Below are positions 19,950 through 29,799 of a stretch of 64,000 nt of DNA, one piece after another. Within the stretch, counting starts at the first letter, position 1, and every line of letters starts with the position of its first letter. Source of the DNA: Candidatus Versatilivorator sp. (GTDB lineage: Bacteria; Acidobacteriota; Terriglobia; Versatilivoradales; Versatilivoraceae). Below the pieces are notes generated by a model. It ran no database searches, had not been told where the DNA came from, and saw only the letters and a program-made list of their open reading frames with translations. The stretch covers positions 3,776,001-3,840,000 of the forward strand of contig OZ242296.1 in assembly GCA_965207735.1 (NCBI GenBank). The letters run 5' to 3'. A program made the position numbers and the translations under genes.

Positions 19950-21446
19950 CTACCGTACCGAATTGGTTACTTTCATGGGCGGTTCGTACTGAGCCTGATC
20001 GGACTTGAGCATGTATGAGTTCGAGCGGCGCCCCGCTATCGTTATTCTGTCGCGCAAGTCCCGGCCGCGAACCCAGCGGATGGTCGAATAGTGGAACCCG
20101 TAAGGAGAGCGAGGTGCGGAATCGAAAGGAACATAGGTGAACCATTGGGACTTGGAGCTGAGAACCCAGCCGCCTCGGTTTTGATAGCCGAAGTCGGGGT
20201 AGGCGGAATTCCGGCTCGCCAAAGAGAGACCGGCGTTCACCTGGACTAGTTGGCGGGCCCGCCGCTTGCTCCACAGGTTGAGGGGGTCCTTTCGGTGGTT
20301 CTTGTCGAGGCCTGCCGATCTCGGCTTGAGCGAGGGAGATGAATTTGCGAGGAGCCAGCGCCTGCCGGATTTCAGTTGGGTTCTCCTTCCCCCCGCTCCT
20401 TTCCACAGAACTCTCCCGTTGTAAATGGAAAGAGCCGATTCCTGCCCGGGCACGACATCGAGCCGGTACAAGCCCCTGGTCTCCATTTGAAGCTCGCCCG
20501 ATGGAGTGGACAGGGTAAGGGAATGGATCTTGGGGTTCAAGCTGGCCGACTCGATGATGACGGTGCCCTGGACCACCCGGAACCGCATGCCCCTGTAGGT
20601 TGTGTCCATCACCTCGATCTCGCTGTCTTCGGTGACTCTCAGGTAGGTCCCCGGGCTCAACAGCAACTCCGCCCGGCTGTTGCCGTTTGTCCGCAAATCG
20701 CTTCCGGCCTTGATCCGATAGCCGGCATTGGCCCGTACCGGTTGGGTCGCCGCTGGAACAGAGACCAGCGGACGCCGTCCCCAGAAGCAGTTCACCAGGA
20801 AAGCGGAGCGTTCCTTTGCCCAGGAATCCAGTGTGGCCCACTCATACTTGTCCATGCGGCTGACGGAGGGAGTCTCCGCCAAGGGGTCCAGTGAATAGTG
20901 TCTGCTCTGGCTCAACTCGGATCGCTGCCCCCTGAGTCCCAGCCAGGACAATCGCCCGGAGAAGACCGTGACCCCGACCGGTCGTTTCCGATGGACCCGG
21001 ATCCGGTAGAAGCCGGGACGAACTACCCGAAGGCCTCCCACCGGGGTGGAAATGGTCGAGACCTGGTGCTTTTCCCTGGTTCTGGCGGAATCGACCACCA
21101 CCTCTCCCTCCACCAACTGGAAATCCATGGCGGGGTAGTCAGCGGTCAAGACTTCCAGTTGAGCCTGTCCGGAGACGCGCAGGTAGCTGTTGGCGGACAG
21201 GACGATCTCGACGCGGTCGCCCGGCCGAGTGTGCACCTGCTCCCCCCTCTTGAGCCGGCGCCCCGCCGGCAAGGGCTCGGGTTGCGGGCGTCCGGCCCCC
21301 AGGACAGTGGGACCTCCGCTGACGTGCCTGACAAACCCAGGCCGGGCGTCGGTCACCGCGGCCGAAGCACTTGGAGTCCTTGGAAATGCCGGGGAAGAGC
21401 CGTGGATCAACAGTCCAAGGACGCCAATCGCAAGGAGCACTCTCAT
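19950..21446 (-). CDS. Secreted protein with two tandem FecR-like domains, paralog 1
   Basis: Internal repeat T...R.E..L....YLR...M.F....G...STP.G...G.YR; C-terminal GGWVL...WFTYVPFDSAPRSPYGF; ORF is open to 21503. Confidence 0.75.
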   Translation of the reverse strand: MRVLLAIGVLGLLIHGSSPAFPRTPSASAAVTDARPGFVRHVSGGPTVLGAGRPQPEPLPAGRRLKRGEQVHTRPGDRVEIVLSANSYLRVSGQAQLEVLTADYPAMDFQLVEGEVVVDSARTREKHQVSTISTPVGGLRVVRPGFYRIRVHRKRPVGVTVFSGRLSWLGLRGQRSELSQSRHYSLDPLAETPSVSRMDKYEWATLDSWAKERSAFLVNCFWGRRPLVSVPAATQPVRANAGYRIKAGSDLRTNGNSRAELLLSPGTYLRVTEDSEIEVMDTTYRGMRFRVVQGTVIIESASLNPKIHSLTLSTPSGELQMETRGLYRLDVVPGQESALSIYNGRVLWKGAGGRRTQLKSGRRWLLANSSPSLKPRSAGLDKNHRKDPLNLWSKRRARQLVQVNAGLSLASRNSAYPDFGYQNRGGWVLSSKSQWFTYVPFDSAPRSPYGFHYSTIRWVRGRDLRDRITIAGRRSNSYMLKSDQAQYEPPMKVTNSVR

Positions 21447-21580
21447 GGGAGGACCTGCCGTCGAGACGAGACTTTTGGGGCGCAATCGATCTCCACAAAG
21501 CATACATTTTTCGTCTGGAGGTTGCGCTCAAAAAATGCTAGCATTCAATCGATATTTTGGCTTTTTCGGCAGGTTTCTTC

Positions 21581-23446
21581 ATGAAGGTTATCCGTTCCAA
21601 TTGGCTGCCTTTTCTGGTTGTCCCCACAACGGCCCTGGTCGTAGCGGGCGCTCTTTGGGCAGAATCAAGGCAACTGGACCGGACCGTCCATTGGGTGATC
21701 AAACCGGTTCCTGCTCTCTCCAACATCGCCCCCAATTCCTCCCCGTCACGCGACTCCACCCTCACTATAACCGTGAGCGGCGACGGGTTCGTGGACGGTG
21801 CCTCGCTGGTGCAGTGGAACGGGGAAGACCTGCCCACCACCTTCGAGAGCACCAGCGAACTCACGGCTCGCATCTCCCCGCAACACCTATCCACCCCGGG
21901 AGACGTCGCCATAACCGTTTTCAATCCCGAGCCGGGTGGCGGGACTTCTACCTCGATGACCTTCACCGTCACCGAAGGGCAACCCTCCCTGGATCTGTTC
22001 GTGCCGGTGGTGGTGTCCGTGTCGGGAGTCAATAATTCCTTCTTTACCTCGGAGTTGACCCTGACCAACAAGACCGAAACTGCGGTCACCCTGAGTCTCC
22101 GATACACCGCCACGCCCAGCAATGTAACCGGGCGGGTATCCGATGTTCAATTGTCCCCGGGCCAGCAAATCGAATCCAACGCTATTGAATACCTGAGAGG
22201 CCTGGGATTGCCCATTGCGTCCTCGGGCAATCGAGTGGGAACGCTGATGGTGCGGGCCGTGGGGACTTCTTCGCCCGCGGATGTCGCCGTGACGGTCAGA
22301 ACCAGTTCGCCCGTGCCCGAGGGACGAGCCGGGCTTTCCTATATGGCTGTGCCGGTGGCCACCGATGCTCTTACCGGGCCGTCCTACCTCTGCGGCCTGC
22401 GGCAGAATGAGACCGATCGGACCAACGTGGCCGTGCAGCACGCGGGGGCTTACGGAAACATCACCTTGCGTGTCAGCCTCTATTCGGGGGATGCCGCGTT
22501 GTCCGATCCCCAACTGGTTTCGGAGGTGGCATTGCCGCCGGGGGGATTCAAGCAGTTCAATGGTATTTTGCATTCGCAAGGTCTGAAGCTCGACCAGGGC
22601 TACGTGAAAATCGAAAGGGTGTCCGGGGAAGCGCCCTACTATGCCTATGCGGTGATCAACGACCAGGCCAATTCCGACGGTTCCTTTGTGGCTCCCGTTC
22701 GGGAAAACTGGATGGCCGGGCGTTCCGGCTTGACGCTTCCGGTTGTGGTGGAGGCCGGCGCCTACCTCAGCGAGGTGATCGTTTCCAATTGGTCCTCCGA
22801 GGACAAGGCGTTGACGTTTGATTTCGTCGATAGTGACATCGCCGGCGGGAAACTCTCCTTTTCGATGGACATCGAGTCGGGCTCGCAGCAGATCCTGGGA
22901 GAATTCATAGAGCAGCTCCGCCAGTCCGGTTTTGAAGCCGATTTGCCGCCGGGGAGGGCCTATGCCGGCCCCTTGATGGTTACGGTCGACGGAGACGGGG
23001 ACGGGATATTTCTGGGAGCCCGAACCATGTCACCGGGAGGAGGGGGCCATTACGGCGTTTTCTACCTGGGGGTTCCCACTGGAGCCGAGTTCAGCACCGG
23101 GGCCTGGTTGTATGGACTGCAGCAGGATAGCGAAGACCGCACCAATTTGGCCCTGCTGACGACTTCGAGCGCGAACGACGAGGCCAATGTCTATGACATC
23201 GATCTCTACGACGGAGCTACAGGCCTCATGGTGAAGACCCTCAGCCGGCAAGTTTCTGCCAATCAATGGGACCAGATCGGAATGATCTTGGCGCAGGCCC
23301 GAATATCCCAAGGCTACGCCCACGTCAAGCGAACGGCTGGAGCCAACGACTTCATTACCTACGCGGTGATCAACGACGGGGGAAAGCCGAATGAACGCAG
23401 TGACGATGGGGCCTTTGTCTTGGGAGTTGCGGACATTGCCCAATAG
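21581..23446 (+). CDS. Secreted IPT/TIG-domain protein with repeated beta-sandwich modules
   Basis: PALSNIAPNS...LTITVSGDGFVDGAS.VQWNG..LPTTFES..ELTA; duplicated RTN.A...YAVIND...DG.FV module. Confidence 0.75.
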   Translation: MKVIRSNWLPFLVVPTTALVVAGALWAESRQLDRTVHWVIKPVPALSNIAPNSSPSRDSTLTITVSGDGFVDGASLVQWNGEDLPTTFESTSELTARISPQHLSTPGDVAITVFNPEPGGGTSTSMTFTVTEGQPSLDLFVPVVVSVSGVNNSFFTSELTLTNKTETAVTLSLRYTATPSNVTGRVSDVQLSPGQQIESNAIEYLRGLGLPIASSGNRVGTLMVRAVGTSSPADVAVTVRTSSPVPEGRAGLSYMAVPVATDALTGPSYLCGLRQNETDRTNVAVQHAGAYGNITLRVSLYSGDAALSDPQLVSEVALPPGGFKQFNGILHSQGLKLDQGYVKIERVSGEAPYYAYAVINDQANSDGSFVAPVRENWMAGRSGLTLPVVVEAGAYLSEVIVSNWSSEDKALTFDFVDSDIAGGKLSFSMDIESGSQQILGEFIEQLRQSGFEADLPPGRAYAGPLMVTVDGDGDGIFLGARTMSPGGGGHYGVFYLGVPTGAEFSTGAWLYGLQQDSEDRTNLALLTTSSANDEANVYDIDLYDGATGLMVKTLSRQVSANQWDQIGMILAQARISQGYAHVKRTAGANDFITYAVINDGGKPNERSDDGAFVLGVADIAQ

Positions 23447-23595
23447 AACCGTTGCTCATTCGTCCCTTGGATTCCCGCCATCTGCCAACCACCCCAACCC
23501 TGTTTTCAAACGCTCCGGTTGCGGAGCATCCCGACGAGGCTGATCGGATAGACCCGGACCGCCTTTCCTATCCCTACTCGTCCCGAAACCGCACG

Positions 23596-25776
23596 GTGAT
23601 TTTCGGCCGAATCGTCCCTCGAGCCCGGCGCCTTCTGCTTCTTTGGTTGCTCTGCGGTCTGCCCATCCAGGCGCAGAGGCCGGTCGGTAATCCTCACCAG
23701 CCCTCGCTACGGCCTCAGCCTTTCCAGCGGGCGGAAGCCTGCCTGCCCTGCCACCGGCGCCAGTACGACGAGCTACGCAGCTCGGTCAAGTCCGGCTACC
23801 GAAGCGTCAGCTCGGTGTTCAACGCCTTGGAGTTGTCCGGAAACTTTCTGAGCGGTGGGCGGCTGCGGCCGGTCTATGGAGACAGCAACAAGGTTACCGC
23901 CATTGACGTCACCGGCGTGGCCGGTCAGGGAAAGCCCCTGAACACCAACATGAACAGCGCCGACACCTTTAGTCACATCAACCAGGTGCAGGCCGCCTTC
24001 TGCATCGGATGCCACAACCCGCATATCGTGTTGATGGGGGAAGATCCCGAGCAAAGGGAAATCCCCGAGTTGGAGGAAGTGGGCGGAAAATTTCGGCCGG
24101 ATCTGATTCGTCCCTTGCGGGACTTCCATTTCGTGGACAACTCCAATCGACAGGTTTTGCCGGAGGAAATCGGTGGACCGGCTCCGCCGGGGGCCAGGCC
24201 TTCGCTGGGAGCCCAGGGAATCAACTGCGATGTCTGTCACGATATCACCGCCCCGGACTTGGATCGCAGCCCCAACCGCGACGGTCTTGCCAATTCCAGC
24301 TTCGAGCTGATCCCTTCCATCAGCAAGATCGGTCCCTTTCTGTTTCCGGCGCCGGTCAAGAACAATTTTCACTTTGCCAGCCGCGACCCCGATCAAATCG
24401 GCTATTTGCGGAGCAGCGACTTCTGTGGCAGTTGTCACGATGTCCGAGTTCCTGGAGACGGATCTGGGTCGTTGACCCACCGCGAGATCAGCCAGAACCC
24501 GGAAAGTCGAAGCGTCAGTCTTTTTCGTCTCGAAAACCTGAACACCGAGTGGATGACGGGCCCCTACAACAGCACCCAAAACCCCTTCGGCCGGGTCGTT
24601 CGTTGTCAGGACTGTCACATGTCCCTGTTCCCCTATGGCCAGGAAAGCACTTACGAGGTAGGGGAACTGGAAGTCACCAGTCCCACCCCGGGCCAATTCC
24701 CCTTGAACTTCGCGGCCGTACCTGGCATTTCGACGGACCTGAACTATCCCCTGCAACAGCGGCCGGTGGTGACGCACTACATGACCGGGGTGGATGTGCC
24801 CATTCTGAGGACGGATGAGTTGCGGGCCCGTCTGGGCCAGGACTACCCGGATGTCAATGAGCCGGGAGTGGATGAATACGGGATTCCGCTGTCTCTGGCC
24901 CAGCGGCGCGAGGATCTCTTGAAGGCTTCGGTTCGAATCAATCTGGACAAGTCCGACCGGACGGCACAACTCGGCCGGCCCCTGATGGTCAAGGTGACGG
25001 CAGTGGCTCTGACCGGCCACCGATTTCCGGCAGGGTTCTCGCAGGAACGAACGGCTTACATCCAGCTCTCCGTCCGGGACAACAAGGGATTTCTCATTTA
25101 CCAGTCCGGGTATGTGGTGGACAAGCCCCACCCGGAGGTGGGCGAGATGGCTCCCGATGGGAACCTGGACGATGAAGATCCCGAGCACCTTCACGCAGTG
25201 GTCGACCCCGGGCATCCCGCGGACGTCTACCGTGTGGGGCAATTCACCAATGGACATCGGAATCAGGTGTTTCAGTCGGGTCCGGACAACGGCCCCGACG
25301 CCCGAATCTTCTTCGGCAGACCCAGCGGCCTGGTGCTGTGGCGCAACGAGTTGACCCGGGTCTTCCTGCCCGGGGAAAGCCTGGGGCGTTTCAACGAGCA
25401 GGGCGATCCTATTCGTTTGACCCGACCTCACATGGAGGAAACCTTCAGTGCGGTTCTGGCGAACTCGGTCGACAACTATCGCTCGCTACCCCCACTGCAG
25501 CCCAGGACCTACGCCTATGAGGTGGTGCTTCCGACCCGGGAGGAACTGCAACTGCTTGGGGTTGGAGAGCTGGAGTCGCCTCTCCACGTCCAGGCCCAGG
25601 TCAACTTCCTTCACTTTCCGCCGTTGTTTCTGCGCTTCATGGCCAGAACCACCAGCACAGAGGGCCCGGGGGGACGGGATTACCACTTGATCGATGAGAA
25701 GCTCATCGACGATCTCCTGGTAAATGTGCGCGGCATCGCATCGGCGGACCGCACCATCGACTTGGTGGAGCCATGA
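23596..25776 (+). CDS. Pentaheme cytochrome c with large C-terminal domain
   Basis: CLPCH, CIGCH, CDVCH, CGSCH, CQDCH; GHRFPAG motif; signal peptide follows GTG 23596 (ORF open from 23452). Confidence 0.85.
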   Translation: MIFGRIVPRARRLLLLWLLCGLPIQAQRPVGNPHQPSLRPQPFQRAEACLPCHRRQYDELRSSVKSGYRSVSSVFNALELSGNFLSGGRLRPVYGDSNKVTAIDVTGVAGQGKPLNTNMNSADTFSHINQVQAAFCIGCHNPHIVLMGEDPEQREIPELEEVGGKFRPDLIRPLRDFHFVDNSNRQVLPEEIGGPAPPGARPSLGAQGINCDVCHDITAPDLDRSPNRDGLANSSFELIPSISKIGPFLFPAPVKNNFHFASRDPDQIGYLRSSDFCGSCHDVRVPGDGSGSLTHREISQNPESRSVSLFRLENLNTEWMTGPYNSTQNPFGRVVRCQDCHMSLFPYGQESTYEVGELEVTSPTPGQFPLNFAAVPGISTDLNYPLQQRPVVTHYMTGVDVPILRTDELRARLGQDYPDVNEPGVDEYGIPLSLAQRREDLLKASVRINLDKSDRTAQLGRPLMVKVTAVALTGHRFPAGFSQERTAYIQLSVRDNKGFLIYQSGYVVDKPHPEVGEMAPDGNLDDEDPEHLHAVVDPGHPADVYRVGQFTNGHRNQVFQSGPDNGPDARIFFGRPSGLVLWRNELTRVFLPGESLGRFNEQGDPIRLTRPHMEETFSAVLANSVDNYRSLPPLQPRTYAYEVVLPTREELQLLGVGELESPLHVQAQVNFLHFPPLFLRFMARTTSTEGPGGRDYHLIDEKLIDDLLVNVRGIASADRTIDLVEP

Positions 25777-26621
25777 TCAGAAGGGAAATACATCTTTTGG
25801 CCACCCTGGGACTCCTGATCGCGGCCCTCTCCCTTTGGATCGGCTACGGGGAAGCCTGGTCGCAGAACGGTCAAGCCGGAGCCCCCAAGCGCAACCCCAA
25901 CTACCTGGATCGAAACCCCTTTTACTTTGAGGGAAAGGTTGACTACGAGCTGTTGGGTATCGATCAGCCGGTGGATGCCTGGGAGTTCATGCAACGAGGG
26001 ATCCACCGCCAGGACGATCTGGAGGATCGAGAAGGAGCCATTCAGGACTACCGCGCCGCCATCGAACGCAACAACCCGGACAACGGCACCTGTCAGATTG
26101 TGAAGGCCTTGCCTTCAACCACCCTCGAGTTCCAGCAGCTCACCCCGCCGCCCTGCCTCTTCACTCCGCGGCTCAGGCTGGGCTATCTCCTGCTCCATGA
26201 GGACCCGGTGCAGGCCATCGAGCTCTTCCGCCAGGTGACCGACATCGATCCCCAGCGGTTGGAGGTCAATGCGCTCATTGGCGAAGCCTACGAACTGCTG
26301 GGAGACCAGACCTCGGATTCCGAGGACAAGAAAGCCCATTACCTGGAAGCGGTCCGTGCGCTCAATGCCGAGATGGTGCTGTCACCGGTCACTGAGCTGA
26401 CCCGGCGTCTTACGGGTGACGAGGCCAACAATGCCCACGCCCACTGGATGTTGGCAAGGATTCAGGAGAAGTTGAACAACCATGGAGAGGCGCTGTTTGA
26501 GCTCGATCAATATCTAAAGGCCACCCGGTGGCACAGCGACGTCTACCCCTGGCGGATTCCCCTGGCCCAACGACGCATGGAGCAATTGAGAGCGCGCCTG
26601 GGGCCATCTTCGGGAAAATGA
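25773..26621 (+). CDS. Secreted TPR-like protein
   Basis: Signal peptide; RLRLGYLLL, VNALIGEAY, AHWMLARIQ helices; ATGA overlap with the cytochrome gene. Confidence 0.7.
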   Translation: MIRREIHLLATLGLLIAALSLWIGYGEAWSQNGQAGAPKRNPNYLDRNPFYFEGKVDYELLGIDQPVDAWEFMQRGIHRQDDLEDREGAIQDYRAAIERNNPDNGTCQIVKALPSTTLEFQQLTPPPCLFTPRLRLGYLLLHEDPVQAIELFRQVTDIDPQRLEVNALIGEAYELLGDQTSDSEDKKAHYLEAVRALNAEMVLSPVTELTRRLTGDEANNAHAHWMLARIQEKLNNHGEALFELDQYLKATRWHSDVYPWRIPLAQRRMEQLRARLGPSSGK

Positions 26622-26827
26622 AGGAGAGTCATCGATGAAAGAATTCTCCTTTAGGGGAACGCAAGGGTTGCCTTTTGAGTAATCTTGGCCGGCTTGAGAT
26701 ACTGCCTTCCGACAGCCGTCCTGTCCCGGTCGGCTGGGCAACCAACGGGTCATCGATCAGGCTGTTGCACCGGATGCATGATTTGCCGCCGGGCGGGGTT
26801 TGGTCCACAAAGGTTTGGTGAGCAAGC

Positions 26828-28408
26828 ATGGCGTCCCGCACTGTCACATTGCCTGCCGCCGTGGTTGGCTTGTGCCTTTTCGCCTACTCCCAATCGTCCC
26901 AGCCTACTATCGAAGAAGCCTGGAATGACCTGTTGGGCAGTCCCGCTCACGGTAGCACCAAGAGCCTTCTGGTCTCCCCGGAACCTTCCGCCCCCAAGAG
27001 TTCCGGGCAGGATCTTTCCGACCATTTTTTCTACAACACCCGTTCCGAGTATGTTCACCAGCACGCCACCTTCAGCGGCCTGCCCACCCTGACCGGCGTC
27101 GTCGACCGCGAGCCGGGACCGGTGGCCGATCCCGAGGCCATTCCTTTTCCGGGTGCTTTTCAGCCTCACTCGGGCCATTTCTACTCGTCAATGAACTGGG
27201 GAACCCGGGGATGGCTTTCGCCGCGAATCAATACCAATTTTTCCCTCCGCTATCGCCAGGACCTGTGGGACCTGGACATCGGCTCTCCCGCCCGGTCGGT
27301 GGCGAATACGTTTTCAGGGAATCGGCTCTTCGAGCTGACCACCGGCGTGGTCGAGTTGAACGGGTTGACCGGGCAGGGGACTCTTGGCGATTCGACCCTG
27401 CGCCTGGGCCGGCAGAACATCTACGGCGCCGAGATGGCGACGGTGGACGGATTTTCGTTCGCCCTGGATCGGCCGAAGTACCGGGTAAATCTTTTCGGAG
27501 GCCGGCGCTTTACCTATTACTCCAACCCACGGCAGCGGGCCATCGGTGGCGGAAGCCTCGGTTTCCGGCTGCCGGGAGGCGGCAGCTTCGAGTACCAGGG
27601 CCTGTTCTATGTCAAAGGGATCCACCGGTTGGTTTTTCGCCAGCCATTGGAGCCCTCCTGGAGGGTGGGGGCTCACTACAAATCGGTCGGTTCCAGGCCC
27701 GTAGACCTTGGCGCCTACCTCGGTTACCTGCCTGAAGACGGGCGTACGGGAGCACGGTTCACCTTTGCCCAGAAGCTGTCCCAACACGACTTCATCTATG
27801 ATTACACCGTTTGGATTAGAGACCGGGATTCCTTCAATCGCCTGAGGCGACTGAACTTCGGCATTATTTCGCCCCACCGTCAGTTTTCCGTCGAGGCCCA
27901 TAGGCAGATTTTCGAGGCGGCCACGGTGGGGGGAGCCGTTTGGGTGCGTCGCTTGAATCGGGATAGCGATGCCGGTCCCTTCGACACCTCGTTTGAGGAC
28001 TATCGAACCCATCTCAAGCTGTTCCCTCTGCGACGAACAACCGTGCTGTTGGAGTTTCACCGCCGGCGCACCGACCGCCCCAGCCCTCTTGGGATCCAGG
28101 GCTTCGACGATGTGCGCAACGCCGGTGAGACCCGCGTGCGGGACGTCGGCCTTGAAGTCAGCCGCTCCTTCGGCGACGACCGACTGGGGCTTACCCTCGG
28201 GGGCTACCACCGAGAGATCGACTTGCAGAATCGATTCTTTTTCATAGACAGAGCCCATGTTTTGGGCGCCACCGGCGGGGCCTGGTTTCGGCTGGATCGC
28301 CGCACCCGCCTCTACTTCCGTTACGGGCTGGATGAGGACTTCAACATCTTCAGACCCAGCCTGCAACGATTTCGAACCTATCGCATGGGATTGGACTGGA
28401 AGCTCTGA
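26828..28408 (+). CDS. Outer-membrane beta-barrel (porin-like) protein
   Basis: Signal peptide; alternating amphipathic strands (LRLGRQ, VNLFGG, LGAYLGY); C-terminal YRMGLDWKL. Confidence 0.7.
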   Translation: MASRTVTLPAAVVGLCLFAYSQSSQPTIEEAWNDLLGSPAHGSTKSLLVSPEPSAPKSSGQDLSDHFFYNTRSEYVHQHATFSGLPTLTGVVDREPGPVADPEAIPFPGAFQPHSGHFYSSMNWGTRGWLSPRINTNFSLRYRQDLWDLDIGSPARSVANTFSGNRLFELTTGVVELNGLTGQGTLGDSTLRLGRQNIYGAEMATVDGFSFALDRPKYRVNLFGGRRFTYYSNPRQRAIGGGSLGFRLPGGGSFEYQGLFYVKGIHRLVFRQPLEPSWRVGAHYKSVGSRPVDLGAYLGYLPEDGRTGARFTFAQKLSQHDFIYDYTVWIRDRDSFNRLRRLNFGIISPHRQFSVEAHRQIFEAATVGGAVWVRRLNRDSDAGPFDTSFEDYRTHLKLFPLRRTTVLLEFHRRRTDRPSPLGIQGFDDVRNAGETRVRDVGLEVSRSFGDDRLGLTLGGYHREIDLQNRFFFIDRAHVLGATGGAWFRLDRRTRLYFRYGLDEDFNIFRPSLQRFRTYRMGLDWKL

Positions 28409-28445
28409 TTCGAACCTGTAGCAAGATTCCACTCTCTGTTGTTTC

Positions 28446-29780
28446 ATGAAGATGCTCGATTCCGGATATTGCAAAAGGCTCATGAGAAAGCGCGTGTCCC
28501 GACTGGTCGGCCTGATGCTGCTAACTGCCTCCGGGGTGGCGTTGACCTTTAACCACGGTGGCGCCGAGGAAACCCGCGCCGGTTCCACCGACTACCACTT
28601 GCATGATCGCCACGTGGGGCAACTTGGCCTGGAATGCAATGACTGCCATGTGCCGAAGCAACCGGAATCGGTGGTCCTGGCCCGGCCGGGCCACGCTCAA
28701 TGCCTCTCCTGTCACCCGGAGGACTTTCAGGGCCTACCGGGTGTTGACCTCTGCCAGGCGTGCCATGCCGCCTTGCAACCCACGGGCTCCGACGACCTGC
28801 GTCCCTATCCCGAATTCAGCAAGCCCCAGGCGCTCCTGTTCCGCTTCTCTCATGCACAGCACCTGGACAAGACGGAGCGCCTGGATCCGGCTACCGGGTT
28901 TCGCGCCGACTGCACCTTTTGCCACAAATTTGAGGGAGAGGGGGATTTCGCAGGATTTCCCGGTCATGCTGAATGCGCCGCTTGTCACTCCAAGCCCAAC
29001 ATCCTTCCCGACCTCACGGCCAAGTCCACCAGCGCCGATTGCAGGCAGTGCCATGGTGCGGTTGAGCGAGAAAACCCGGGCTTCAGCAAGGAGCGGCGCC
29101 TGGCAGGGACTCACCAGGAATCAGGGGCGGCGGTAAACCTGAAATTCGCCCATCTGCCCCATCTCCAATCAGACGGGGCGGAGCGTATCTCGTGCATCAC
29201 CTGCCACTACGAAATCCCACAGAGTGAGCGCCTCGCCGATCTTAGCCATCCGGATGTTCTGGACTGCGTGGCTTGTCACGACGGGCAGCAGGAGTTGGTG
29301 TCCCATTTCAGGATGGAAGACTGCCAGGCCTGCCACCTCGACGCTCGGGAGGGAGTCCTGCCTGCCAGCCACAGCCGCAGCCTGAAGCCCCTGTCCCACA
29401 CCGCAGGTTTCCGAAGGCACCACCAGGAAGAAGCCTCGGCGGGGAATAGCAAGTGCTTCGTTTGCCACACCCATGTGTCGCCTGCTGTTCGCACGGGGGG
29501 AGATTGCGCCGCTTGCCACCAGGTCATGCGACCCCTTTCCCACACGGCGCGCTGGCGCGATGCCATCCATGGGAAGCAGGCGGCCCTGGACCGCCAGGCG
29601 TGCGCCGTTTGCCACACGGCCGACACCTGTTCCCGATGTCACAACCAACTTCCCAGAAGCCACTTTCCGCTTGCCTTGTTCAAGGCCGGAGCTCACGCCG
29701 ATATGGCCACCTTGCAGTTGCGTTCCTGCTTTACCTGCCACACCTTCGAGGACACCTGTGCAGCCTGCCACTTGCCGTAG
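28446..29780 (+). CDS. 15-heme cytochrome c (c3/c7-like repeats)
   Basis: 15 CxxCH motifs counted in 444 aa; HxxH distal-ligand motifs. Confidence 0.92.
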   Translation: MKMLDSGYCKRLMRKRVSRLVGLMLLTASGVALTFNHGGAEETRAGSTDYHLHDRHVGQLGLECNDCHVPKQPESVVLARPGHAQCLSCHPEDFQGLPGVDLCQACHAALQPTGSDDLRPYPEFSKPQALLFRFSHAQHLDKTERLDPATGFRADCTFCHKFEGEGDFAGFPGHAECAACHSKPNILPDLTAKSTSADCRQCHGAVERENPGFSKERRLAGTHQESGAAVNLKFAHLPHLQSDGAERISCITCHYEIPQSERLADLSHPDVLDCVACHDGQQELVSHFRMEDCQACHLDAREGVLPASHSRSLKPLSHTAGFRRHHQEEASAGNSKCFVCHTHVSPAVRTGGDCAACHQVMRPLSHTARWRDAIHGKQAALDRQACAVCHTADTCSRCHNQLPRSHFPLALFKAGAHADMATLQLRSCFTCHTFEDTCAACHLP

Positions 29781-29799
29781 GGACCATCGGAAGGTTCCC

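Noticed and set aside
26828-29780. Naming the pair mtrB/mtrA
   Set aside because: 15 c7-like hemes and a 526-aa barrel do not match decaheme MtrA or the larger MtrB; only an analogy is supported.
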